Shown piece by piece: positions 24,501 to 35,698 of a stretch of 64,000 nt of DNA; position 1 is the first letter of the stretch, and every line of letters begins with the position of its first letter. The notes beneath the pieces were generated by a model. The model saw only the letters and a program-made list of their open reading frames with translations. It was not told the origin of the DNA and made no database searches. The stretch is from positions 62,001 through 126,000 of the forward strand of contig RSEE01000136.1 in NCBI GenBank assembly GCA_003971905.1, written 5' to 3'. The position numbers and the translations under genes are program-made. The stretch is from Moniliella sp. 'wahieum' (Eukaryota).

Positions 24501-27500
24501 TCGATCAGGAGGTACACTTCCGTCATGATACCGCCAGCTGTAGCGGGAGGCAAGTAGCGCCACAGCACCTTGCTCAACAAACTCGTTTCCCGACACAGAT
24601 CCAGCATGTAGCTACCTACCTCGCCCGTTGCCGGGGAAGGGAGAGAGAGTACATGCACCGCCACACGGTCGCCCATGATGGATACCAGCTTGGCATGCAC
24701 TTCGCGTTGGTGCTCGGTAAAGTCGTTGCGGACCTTAGTCCATTCGTGTTGGATGGCGATCGGGGTGGCGGAAGGCGGTGCAGGTGCGTGCGGTAGCGCC
24801 GGCACAGAACGGGCTAGATGCCGCGTACAAATTTGTTCCAAGCCCGGTAGGAGGCATAGGACGACATGGAGCGACTGCGAAGCCAGAGCAAGGTGCTTGG
24901 CTGTGATGTTCTTGAGTCCGGCCGAGCGCATCGCACCAGCGCCCAACACCACCTGGCACACGCGCGAGTTGAACGCCTTGAGAAAGGAAAGTAGACGCGA
25001 CATGCCCTCGGCAGCCAAATGGGGCAGGGCAAGAAGAAAACGTAAGTACTCGCCTAGCAGAGTGAGCATTTCCACCGAAGCGCCAGTGAGGTACGCATGG
25101 CTCTGACCCTCGCCGAGAAAGAGCGTCTTGTGGCTTCCTTCTTCGGCAGGAGCTGGCTGGGAGAAGAAGAGTGAGGTTGCTGGCTGAGCAATGCATCGAC
25201 AGCACGCTGTGTGGTGACAGGCACCGCACAAGCGTCCCACCGCTCCTCCTCCACTGCCTTGGCGCATCGGGACATGGCCTGGGCATGGAACGCATGCAGG
25301 AACCCACGAGCCTGGGCGGCCAACGTGCGTCGGAGGCTCGGTAGCACCACGCGCGCTGCCAGCTCCGACCGCAGCACAAACGACCACGTGAGCTGGAAGA
25401 CCTGCATAAACTCACAGATGGGCAAGTGGGCATGAACTGGGCCCCGCAGCGCCAACAGACGCGCCAGACAGGTATGACTCCGGCTTGTAGCTGTCCTGAG
25501 CAGGCCACTGAGGACAAAGGGTAGACTGGGACCCACCCCGCGGGCGCGCAAGTGCCGTGCCGGGATCCAGTCCCAAGGCCTGGCCCACCCGCTCGTCCAG
25601 CGGGGGAGGCCGCACATCGCCAATCTGCGCTTGGGCCAGGTCATTGAGCACAACCAGAACCGTGCGCGACTGAAGGCGAATGCCAGCGAGCCAGGCCATG
25701 AGACCTTCGAGGTAGCCATGGAGAAGCGGTAGGAACGTGCTCAACTCGGTCTTTTGCGCCCAGAGAAGCGATGTCTCGGGCGGCTCGAGCAACGGAAGAC
25801 TCTCGTCCCCTCCGGTGGGCGCGCCGGGCAAACTAACCCAGGGGGCGAGACTGCCAGGCACACCGCGCAGACGTCGTCGGGTGATGGTCCGAAGCGCATC
25901 GAGCAGCACCACTTCATAAGATTGCAGCGCACGTTCCACCCCGCCAAGTTGAACGAGCCCCTGCAAGATGGGCAGCAGCTGGGCGCGAAGTGCGATGTGC
26001 CATCGGGGTCGTCGGCGGATGAGGGTGGGAGCACCGTCTTCTCATCTTCTTTTTCCTCCCCCTCCTCCTCCTCCCCCGTGGTTTGGACAGCTCGTGCTCT
26101 ACATACGCACGAAGCCGTGCACGCACCTCGGCACCCTCGTCCTCGGGTTCAGGTGAGGAACGCTCGTTGGGGGAGAAGAGGGATTGTTCCCCATTCACAC
26201 GCAACTGTTCGGCTGCGATGCTGAGAGAGCGATTGAGGGAACGATGTCGTTTGTTCCTCCTGGCACGCGCTTCGCCCGCTTCGGTTGGACTAGCAACATG
26301 GCCCCATCCTAGCTCGAGTTCTTGGGTCGGCGTCGAGGGTGCCGGGTCAGAGGGAATGTCAGGTGCCAACGATGGCTGGGGGGAAGGAATGAACAGCGCT
26401 TCGTCTTTGGTCACTCTCATGATCAAGTCAGCGCGCAGCACGTTCATGAGTTTGCGTTCCAATGTGCCAATAAGCACGGGGAAGAGCGCAGCGACGCTTT
26501 CGGCCGCCGCAAGCACTTCGCCTGCCGGGACAGAGGAAAACGTAGCCAACTCCATCTCCCCCTGCGTGGGAGGAGGCGCAAGCCCACCCAAGCGCGCCTG
26601 AACCAGCATGGTGAGAGACTGGATCATGTTCAAGGCCTTGCTCGGATCGGGCTGCGAGGCCAAGAGGGTGATCCGATCCACTACCTGGGCCAGCTTGCGG
26701 GTCGCCAGAAGCCGGTCCAAATCCTGCTGGAGACGACGGCGATGCGCCTGGCGCACAACCAACTGCGCTCCCAGCGACGGAACCCCCTCGCCCCCGAGAG
26801 TCCGGCGAGAGAGCGAGTGAGAATGGCAGCTCGTTGCGCTCCTTTGGCCGCGGCCGACTGCAGCGCTCTCGCCTGGCCTAGGGCGGCAAAAATCTTGCGC
26901 CCGGTCGTCGACAGCAACTTGAAGGTGCTGATCGATCACAGAGGCATAATACGCCAGCTGCTCCTCTCGTAATGCAGCGGCAGGGATCAGTTCCTCGCCG
27001 TCGCCCGGAAAGAGGGCGAGGAAGGTGTGCGGATCCGAAAGGGCAAACCGACTGTCAAAGAAGAAACTCGGTACCCGCTCCAGGGGCGGCGGCGGCGGGC
27101 GGGGCGTAGACTGACGAGTAGACAGACGAGCCAGGAGAGCACAGTGGTCGGCGTGCCGCTGCAGAAGCGGCTTGTGCGTCTCGTCCTCCTCTTGGCCCAG
27201 CTCGGGCGGGGCAGCAGAAAAGGGTTGCCGGGCGGGGTCAAATGGAGCTGGCCGCGGGCGCCCTGGGCTTGGGATGTGCGCCAGGGCTCCCATTCGGCAC
27301 GGAGCGACTGGGCGTAAGAGGCGAGGGCGGCGGGTGGCGGCGGGGCAAAGAAGCCGGACAGGGCTCCTCCTGGGCGGGGGCGGGGGCGGGGGGGCGGGCG
27401 AGGGAGAGGACGTCGGTGGAGGCGGCGAAGGCGGGGCGGAGGCGGAAGGAGGAGAGGGTGTTTTGGCTGCGGGAGCGGCGGTGGAGGTGGTGGGCCTTGA

Positions 27501-27722
27501 CGGCGGCGAGGGCGGCCGGAGCGGTGGTGGTGGCGGCGCTGGTGCTAGGGGCAGAGACGCGGCGGGCGGGGCGAGCGGGAGGGCGTCGGGGGCAGGGGCG
27601 GGGGCGCTGCGCGGGAAGAGGGGCGGGTAGCGGGAGGAGGTGGGGTCGATGGGGCGTGCGCGGCGGGTGGGGTGGCTGACGACGGTCGACAGCCCGGCAA
27701 AGCCACGGCCGTCGGAGGCCAT
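21545..27722 (-). CDS. VPS54: GARP complex subunit Vps54 with long low-complexity C-terminal extension
   Basis: FLKAFNSRVCQVVLGAGAMRSAGLKNITAKHLALASQSL, FTEHQREVHAKLVSIMGDR, AVEEERW and VPSFFFDSRFALSDPHTF. Intron 24361-24249 (GTGCGT..ACTGAC..CAG) joins the core in frame to ORF 24218-22515. The 3' end is approximate. Confidence 0.88.
22400..22985 (-). repeat. 15-bp coding repeats (EAKAD/EAKVE/EETKA pentapeptides) in the Vps54 tail
   Basis: (TTGGCTTCGTCCGCC)n at ~22864-22985 and (TTGGTTTCCTCGGCC)n with variants at ~22400-22670 on the + strand. Confidence 0.9.
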
Positions 27723-28642
27723 CCTGGGTGGTTGCAGCAGCCAGCGGCGGGGGGTTAGAGGGCGCCTCGGCATGGCCACTGCATGCTGCCCGCCCTGCCT
27801 TGCCCGTGCAGCGCCCGGCAGCGCCCCTGCAGCTGCCCCCTGCATGCACAACCCCCTGCAGCATGCTGCACCATGCCCCCTGCCCCCTGCCACGTTGCTG
27901 CCCGCGCCGATTTCACATTTCAGCCCACCCCGACCCACCCGCCGCCGCCTCCACGTCACCACATCACCAAACGCGTCGCCCTCTCCTCGCCTCTACACGC
28001 GACGCACACGAGAACCACACCCACCTATCTTCGAATCGAAACCGTGGCTTCTCTTCATGGTCAACCTGGTGTGGCTAGAGCCTTGAGAGCCACCGTCGCA
28101 TGGTGTTGTGTGTAAGAACGCACCAGGACATCCGATCATCAACCAACAGACACGCTCCAGCCAAGCGGGTACGCTCATCACAACAACATCCCTTGTCGTA
28201 CACGGCGTTGATTGCATGTCATAGGCTGAGTAGGCTGAGTAGCCCTGCCCAGCCAAGAGGCTAGCGCTTGCACCGATGCCAGGCTGAGCTTGCGTAACGC
28301 GTAATGTAGCCTTCTTCCCACTCGGTGGTCCACGTCATGCATCATGCATCATCTCTCAAGCATCATGCATCTTGGCCTCGGCCCCACTGGCCTTCGAACA
28401 TAGCAATGTGGTCCTCGGACTGAAACATTCAATGGCGCCGCACGACACATGGTTCACTAGTCACTCCCGAAAGAACCCACGCTCGATAAGGCATCGCAGC
28501 GGATTGCTGGCGGCAGTGCCATCACCCGGCCACGCCAAGGACAATCACCATCACCACCACCACCACCGCCCAGCACTGCCGCCACCATCCCCAGCACGGT
28601 GCGATCCTGATTCGTATCGTCTCGACGTTCCTGCCGCACCGG

Positions 28643-30804
28643 ATGGACCCCAATGCATGTGGTGGCCGAGGGGACGCAAACGGGTCTGCGAGCGGCGGTG
28701 TGCGTGGCACACGCACTGCCGCTCACGCTGCTCCCTCCCTCAGCCTGCTCACACGCTGGCTCTCCATCGCATGGACACTAGCTACGTTGGCGCTAGCCTG
28801 TCTGCCCTACCCTGCAACCGCTGCTCCCATCCATGCCCCCATCGCGTCCACTGGCTTTGGCCTGCCTACGCGTGCCGCCTTATCGGGCTGGTGTGGTTCG
28901 GCAAGTTTTGTGGTTTGGCTCTTTGCCCAGACCCCTCAGATCATCACCAATTACCGCCGCAAGAGCGTAGATGGTCTTTCTGGTGTATTCGTGGCGCAAT
29001 GGATGGTGGGAGATGTGCTGAACTTGTGCGTCGCGTTCTTTATCTACTCTTTTTTTCTGTCGGTTGGACTAACCTAATCCGGACGTCGGGACCAGGATCG
29101 GCTCGCTGCTCACGCACCAACTGCCATTCCAAATCGCAGTGGCTAACTTCTGCAGCATTGATCTTTGCATTTTGGCTCAATTTATCTATTACACCAAGAT
29201 CTATCCACGCCCTCGGGTCGCTGCTGCCCTCCCTCCCCTGCTGGAGACTGGACGATATGGCGACGCAGAAGGCCTCGCCTGAGCGACAATGGGTATGGCG
29301 CACTGGGCAAGTCTCGCTCTAGCCAGACGCGTTCGCTGCACCCAAGTGCCGGTCCGGCACCCATCTTTTTCGAACAGGACCAAGTGCAGTCGCCTGTCGA
29401 ACAAGCACCCACGATGCAAGAACGTGTAGCCCACGACGTGGAGGCGACGCCTGTCGATGACCCGACTGGTCGGCCCCAACATGGCATTCGCACTCTTCGC
29501 TGGATGATGGGTCACACGCGGCACACCGAGTCGGACGAGTGGAGCGAGGAGGAAGAGGAAGAGCGAGAAGGAGAGGGAGACGGGGAAGGAGAGGAAGCCG
29601 GTCGGGGCCGCAGGATGACTCGAACGGCGACCATTGTTGCCTCTCACCATGAGCGACTGTCAGGCCAGGATTCTTCCCGGCCTAGTCCAGGGTCAGGACG
29701 ATCTCAATCTGCCTCGGCCTCGCCTTCTTCTTGGGGAAACCAACTCATGGCACAGAGCCAAACCTTGCCCCCACCCCCGAAGCAAGCGCCCGGCGCCGCG
29801 CCCAGGTCGTCCTCTGCTCTTCCCGGCCCCGTCCGGTGAGGGAAGGCACATTGACGCGAGAGGAGTACGGGCGTTCGCGACGAAGGAAGTTATCCCGACC
29901 TTCAGGTCCTTCTATCGTTTTGCTCGCTGTGGGGATTCTCTTTACTGTCCGTTCGTGGCCCGCAGACGCTAGCGGCTCCGCCCCCGCTTCGGTCATCTTG
30001 CTGGGCACAGCCACCTCGCCCATCGCCTCGCAAGCAGGTATGCCCGGTACGCGTGGCACCTCGTCGCTGCCTGTGCACATACAGGATGAAACGCTGGAGC
30101 GGGTGGTGGGACGTATCTCGGCCTGGTTCTGCACGCTGCTGTACATGACGAGTCGGTTGCCTCAGATCTGGGTCAACTTGACGCGTCGGTCAGTGGAAGG
30201 ACTGAGCATTATGCTCTTCTTTTCGGTGTTTTTGGGAAACAGCCTCTACTCAGCCTCGGTCCTTGTTAACCCCGCTGCGTCCGGACCGAACCGGCGTGCC
30301 TACCTGCTCGAGTCGTTGCCGTTCCTACTGGGTTCAGGCGGGACACTGATCTTTGACATGATCATCGTCGCTCAGTGGATTGCTTGGCGAGGTAACCAGC
30401 CCCATCCTATTGCCTACGTGCAAAAGGCCGCATCGCGACGTGCGTCAGAATCTCGTCGCGGATCAGCTAGCACGCCCCTACTCGCCACTGCTAGCACTTC
30501 GCGTCCGCCCCGTTCCCCCTCGGACGCTGAGCACCGATACGCACGTCACAGGTCCCGCTCTATGCGCCGTAGTGCCAGTCGCCGCAGCTCGGTCCCTCGC
30601 TCCTCCTCTCGTCGCCGCCCTTGCCTTTCCCCTCGGCCACCAGTTCGAGTTCGGGCGGGAAACCCTCCGCGTCAGCACGCACCGCTTGGGACGTACCCCC
30701 TCTTGTTCCGGACGAGCCATTGGCTTGACCACACGCGCACCCATCTTCCTGCCCTTTCCTTCGCTTCCCTCCGGTTGGCAAGGGGGGGAATCATTAATCA
30801 TTAG
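28643..30804 (+). CDS. PQ-loop vacuolar basic amino-acid transporter (Ypq1/Ypq2/Rtc2-like)
   Basis: First loop WLFAQTPQIITNYRRKSVDGLS..QWMVGDVLNL. Intron 29026-29095, then IGSLLTHQLPFQ. Second loop LYMTSRLPQIWVNLTRRSVEGLS..YLLESLPFLLGSGGTLIFD. Both ends are approximate. Confidence 0.9.
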
Positions 30805-31637
30805 CATACCTTTCCATGGCGCTGTTGCAGCCACCGTAGTTAGCGCATAGTCCGGCAGACTGTGGAGGTGGGTTGGTCTGACAAGAAGTAGATGGCATGG
30901 ATCACAGGATTGCTTCGGTAGGTCCACGAACTAATACTCCCTCCATACCCATACTATACCCCTACAGCGGCGTCCGACAGCTACGCGACCAACGTCGGCG
31001 ACGACGACAAACTGGGAGAGGGGCGGGCGGGCGTGGCGGGTTGCGGCGTAGCAGCCGAACGTACCTACTTACTTCGTTTTTCTGCTGTGGAACCTGGTCG
31101 GCGGCAAGGGCTGCCTGGATGCTGGGGCCAGCACCTGCTAACGCGCAACCGCGTGAAGGAGCACACGGGCGCACGTGACCAACTCAGGCTAGCCTGCAGC
31201 TTGAAGCTTGCTTGAATATTGAATGTTCAAGTTGAACGTTGAACGTTGCAATTGCAGCTTGGTCTCTATTACTAACGCAAGGACAATGCAGCAGCACGCA
31301 GCATGCAGGGTGGCACGCAGATGCTGAGTGGAAATGACGTCAACGCACCCGCCTCGGCTACGCCGGCCCACACCGCCGCCATGCCCCCCTGCGCGGACGT
31401 AGCGGGGCGAGGCTGGCACACCCATCGACACTGCGCTGCTGCCCTCCTCTGGCGTCCGTGCACGACGGCAACAGCAACCTGCGGCAACCCGGTGCTGCCC
31501 GGTGATTAATGATTTCAGCGCTTTCAATTCAAGCTTCAGCTGAAGCCCTCCCCCCTTCTCTTCTCCTCTTGCCTTCCCCTCGCCTGCCTGCCTTCCTACC
31601 ACCACCGCCTTCCTGTGCTCCCAACCCCGCTCCCATC

Positions 31638-32392
31638 ATGATTGGCACCACCCTTACGCGCACTGCCTCCGTGCTGCCCGCACCGCCGTCCCGGCTGGTG
31701 TGCGCGCCAAGCACACCCTCCCCGACCTGGACTATGACTTTGGCGCGCTGGAGCCCTTCATCAGTGCCGAGATTATGGAGACGCACCACAACAAGCACCA
31801 CCAGACGTATGTCACCAACCTGAATGTGGCCGAGGAGAAGCTGCACGATGCAGTGGCCAAGAATGACATTGCGGCGACGATTGCGCTCCAGGGCGCACTC
31901 AAGTTCAATGGCGGTGGCCACATTAACCACTCGCTCTTTTGGAAGAACCTGGCGCCGGCAGGCAAGGGCGGTGGAGAGCTCCCCGAGGGTGGTAAGTTGG
32001 CTGCGGCGATCAGCAAGGACTTTGGCTCGCTCGACAAGCTCCAGTCCCAGTTCAATGCCGCGCTGGCTGGTATCCAGGGCTCGGGATGGGGTTGGCTGGG
32101 ATACAACAAGGCCACGGGCGAACTGGAGATCCTCACCACTGCCAACCAGGATCCTCTCTTGACCCACGTGCCGTTGGTGGGCATTGATGCTTGGGAGCAT
32201 GCGTACTACCTCCAGTACAAGAACGTCAAGGCCGACTACTTCAAGGCGATCTGGTACGTCTGGAATCGAATCGAATCGAATCCCTCTCTCCCTTGTGCTT
32301 ATCAATGGGACACACAAAGGTACTGACACTGACGGCTTTGCAGGAGCGTTGTGAACTGGAAGGAAGCTGAGGCCCGCCTTACGGCGGCCTAA
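31638..32392 (+). CDS. SOD2: Mitochondrial manganese superoxide dismutase
   Basis: [47 protein letters not shown] and [11 protein letters not shown]. Intron 32254-32343 gives [16 protein letters not shown]. One frameshift in the presequence near 31677. Confidence 0.97.
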
Positions 32393-32610
32393 GTATGCAT
32401 CTTGGCCCAATAGCTTTGGTAGGTGACATGCAGATCTAAGATCTAAGCCCCCATGCCTGTCCACGGCTGTATTTTTTCTCGGGATATAATAGTTGTCAAC
32501 GAACAGGTCTCTCGGGACACAGCAGAACTTGGGTGGGGGTGGTAGACGAGAGGAACATACTGTCGTTTTCTTCGGGAGCAGCTGTGCAAACCATTTCAAC
32601 GGAGTCAAAG

Positions 32611-32620
32611 AAAAAAAAAA
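32611..32620 (-). terminator. Pol III oligo-T terminator downstream of tRNA-Arg
   Basis: T10 run on the minus strand about 20 nt 3' of the tRNA discriminator base. Confidence 0.65.
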
Positions 32621-32639
32621 TAAGGACGCCATGTCGGCT

Positions 32640-32720
32640 CGAACGACGCAGGGGTCGAACCTGCAACCTCCTGATTACAACCAGTCGTAGTCAGACGCGC
32701 TACCATTGCGCCAGCCGTCC
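32640..32720 (-). tRNA. tRNA-Arg(ACG) with 9-nt intron
   Basis: Minus strand reads GGACGGC TG GCGC AATGGTA GCGC G TCTGA CT ACG A [CTGGTTGTA] A TCAGG AGGTT GCAGG TTCGACC CCTGC GTCGTTC G. All four stems pair. Confidence 0.93.
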
Positions 32721-33048
32721 TTGATATGGGGCTAGGGGCGGAACAGGTGTGCCCCCCGCAACTGCCATGCGGAATGTGGCGGAATTTCCTGGGGTACCCC
32801 ACAACTGGCCTCGTCGCCTGATTAGTCTTAGTGGCGCGATGGTAGGATGAGCCTATTAGCCAGGCCTGCTAGCCTCTGGCCTCGGATCTGGCCAGGGTGA
32901 GTACTGAGTGTGGGGTGGGTGTCCATTCATCCATTCATCCATTCACCCATTCATCCATTCATCCATCATCGTACCATCCCCCCACCGCCTGCGCGCCCCC
33001 GCTCTCCTTTTCCCAGCACTCTTTTCCCCTCTCACCCGTTGGCATACA

Positions 33049-33608
33049 ATGGAGCCACAGACCAAGCCCACGCAGTACGTTTCCGTTTCCGCTGTTCCTG
33101 CCTGCGCTTGAGGATGTGTGGTGCTGACTGGACGTGGGCAGGCCGGCGAAGGAAGACCCCATCTCGGTCGCCGAGCTGGCCAAGTACAACGGCACCGACG
33201 ACAACTGCCCGTGTATGTGGCGATCAAGGGGGTGGTGTTTGATGTGTCCCCGCGCAGGGAAATGTACCAGGCAGGCAAGGGCTACAGCGTATTTGCCGGC
33301 AAGGACGCCAGCGCCGCGTTGGGCAAGTCGTCCCTCGACCCCGAGGATGCGATTGCAGATTACTCGCAGTTGACCCCAACTGAACTCAAGGTCCTAGACG
33401 ACTGGTTTGCCTATTACAGTAAGGTTCGTTGTCTCCCCTCCGTCGTCTTGTCTTGTCCGACTGTGGTTGGGCATGCAACAGACTACCAGACTACTGATAC
33501 TGAATACTGTACTGACCGGCCGTCGATCGTGATGCTTTCATGCTCCTGCTCCTGCTCCCCCTCTGGCTGTTGCAGAGGTACAACATTGTCGGCAAAGTCG
33601 TGCCTTGA
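33049..33608 (+). CDS. Small cytochrome b5-like heme/steroid-binding (MAPR/Dap1-like) protein
   Basis: ELAKYNGTD..VYVAIKGVVFDVS..Y..GKGYSVFAGKDASAALGKSSL..LDDWFAYYSK|RYNIVGKV. Introns 33075-33141 and 33424-33575. One frameshift near 33210. Confidence 0.92.
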
Positions 33609-33775
33609 ACCAGCTTCGTGGCTCATGTTTTCTCACCTTCGATGCTACCACTCCGTGGAGAGGATGCAGGTGTTTTGAATGAAGATATGCTTCATGTTTG
33701 CCTTAAAAGTAAATGTGGTTTCCGGGTCTTCACTGGGAGTGGGATTGTCCTCGACACGCGCAGCAGGAAAAGTGT

Positions 33776-33888
33776 TGGCACTGGCACTGGCACTGGCACT
33801 GGCACTGGCACTGGCACTGGCACTGGCACTGGCACTGGCACTGGCACTGGCACTGGCACTGGCACTGGCACTGGCACTGGAACTGGCA
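33776..33888. repeat. (TGGCAC)~18 microsatellite
   Basis: Direct reading. It lies between the convergent b5-like and complex I genes. Confidence 0.97.
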
Positions 33889-34174
33889 ATGACGCATACA
33901 CTGGCAAGCGGGTGAGCAGGTGAGCTCACCTTTGGTCTTGCCTGTATCCATTTACCCGGGCTTGGCGATCCTTCTGCTATGATTCCCTTAGGGTTCACGC
34001 TCCCTTCCTTATATGAGTCTGTGTGGGTCCATGTTGGGGACAGACTACTGGTCTGTGCCAAACACACGCTGGCCTCCTGGTACATATAGCCCTACAGCTC
34101 AAGGCAAAGGGAGAGGCGGGGGGGAAATCATATCCCTGCTGGAATTGAATATTGACCGAGGCTCATGCCATGCA

Positions 34175-35698
34175 TTAACGGTCCACCTCGCCGAACACCA
34201 AGTCCATCGTCCCGATGATGGCCACCATATCAGCGACATCGTGGTGACGGGAAATCATATCCGCACCAGCGAGATGAAGGAACCCAGGGGCACGAATTCG
34301 GCAGCGGTAGGGCCGGTTGGTGCCATCCGAGACAAGATAGACGCCCATTTCCCCCTTAGGCGCTTCGATCGCCGCATACGTCTCACCCGGAGGGACATTG
34401 AAGTTTTGCGAGAAGAACTTGAAGTGGTGAATCAGGCTCTCCATACTTTCCTTCATGTTAGCACGCGGGGGGGCAGTGAGTTTGTGGTCATCCACCTTGA
34501 CTTGCCCGGGGGGCATCTTGTTGATGCACTGCTCAATGATCCGCAACGACTGCCGCATCTCCTCCACCCGGCACAGATAACGGTCAAAGCAATCGCCATT
34601 CTTGCCGACCGGTACCTCAAAGTCCACCTCATCAAACTTTTCGTACGGCTGGCTCTTGCGAAGGTCCCATGGAATGCCGCTCCCGCGCAGCATGGGCCCA
34701 CTAAAGCCATAGTTCAATGCCTGATCGGCCGTGACCCGACCAATGCCCACCGTACGCAGCTGCCAGATCCGGTTGCCCGTCACCACCTCTTCCACTTCGT
34801 CCAGGCGCGAGCTAAACTGCGATGCCCAGACATGAATGTCGTCCAGCAGACCAACCGGGAGGTCAAATGCGACGCCACCAGGCCGGAAGTAAGCAGCGTG
34901 CAAGCGAGCACCACAAACCCGCTCATAAAACTCCATGAGCTTCTCACGTTCCTCAAACCCCCACAAGAATGGCGTCAGACCACCAACGTCCATCACGTGG
35001 GACAGGACCGCCATCAAGTGATTGTTCAGTCGCGAAATTTCCGAGTAGAGAGTACGAATCCACTTGGCCCGCTCCGGCACTTCAATGTTGAGCAACTTCT
35101 CCACCGCCCGGACGTAGCACAGCTCGTTGGTCATGGCCGACGAGTAATCCAGACGATCAAAGTAGGGCATAGCTTGGGTGTAGTTCTTGTACTCGATCAG
35201 TTTCTCTGTCCCGCGGTGCAACAGCCCAACGTGCGGGTCAGCACGCAGAATCTCCTCTCCGTTGAGCTCGAGGATGAGACGCAAGACACCGTGCGCAGCC
35301 GGGTGCTGCGGACCAAAGTTGATGGTAAAGTGGCGCATGTTGGCCTCTTTGCGCGAACTGGCCTCCTTGTAGATCGCATTCGACATCTCGATCGACGCGC
35401 GCAGTACGATCCGGTCGCCGTACGGGTCGTGCTCGACCTTGGTAGGGGTGGTGATGACGGGAATGCGCTTGTCAAAGAACCCATGCTCCAGACGATGCGG
35501 GTTGGCACTGCCGGGGGGGACCTCGTACTTGGGCAGGTCCTCCTCGCCGTTGGCGTTGTTGGCGTGGGCGTGGGCGTTGGCGTTGGCGGCGCAGACGGAG
35601 GAGGAGAAGCTGCGTGGGGCACAGAGGCGGGCAGAGGCAAAGGGACCGCGGACCGGGGCAGCCGCACGCAGCGCGCCGGCGAGCAGGTGGGGGCGCAT
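34175..35698 (-). CDS. NDUFS2: NADH:ubiquinone oxidoreductase 49-kDa subunit (NDUFS2/NUO-49, Nad7 homologue), mitochondrial precursor
   Basis: Intact, intronless 507-aa frame with presequence [14 protein letters not shown].., [40 protein letters not shown] and DLVFGEVDR*. Confidence 0.98.
   Translation of the reverse strand: MRPHLLAGALRAAAPVRGPFASARLCAPRSFSSSVCAANANAHAHANNANGEEDLPKYEVPPGSANPHRLEHGFFDKRIPVITTPTKVEHDPYGDRIVLRASIEMSNAIYKEASSRKEANMRHFTINFGPQHPAAHGVLRLILELNGEEILRADPHVGLLHRGTEKLIEYKNYTQAMPYFDRLDYSSAMTNELCYVRAVEKLLNIEVPERAKWIRTLYSEISRLNNHLMAVLSHVMDVGGLTPFLWGFEEREKLMEFYERVCGARLHAAYFRPGGVAFDLPVGLLDDIHVWASQFSSRLDEVEEVVTGNRIWQLRTVGIGRVTADQALNYGFSGPMLRGSGIPWDLRKSQPYEKFDEVDFEVPVGKNGDCFDRYLCRVEEMRQSLRIIEQCINKMPPGQVKVDDHKLTAPPRANMKESMESLIHHFKFFSQNFNVPPGETYAAIEAPKGEMGVYLVSDGTNRPYRCRIRAPGFLHLAGADMISRHHDVADMVAIIGTMDLVFGEVDR

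Noticed and set aside
22080..24796. Long + strand ORFs with LGFVR/ASSAL/LELE repeats
   Set aside because: Antisense translations of the repetitive Vps54 tail.
31529..32632. 367-aa minus-strand ORF
   Set aside because: Antisense to SOD2 and reads through its intron. Not credible as a gene.
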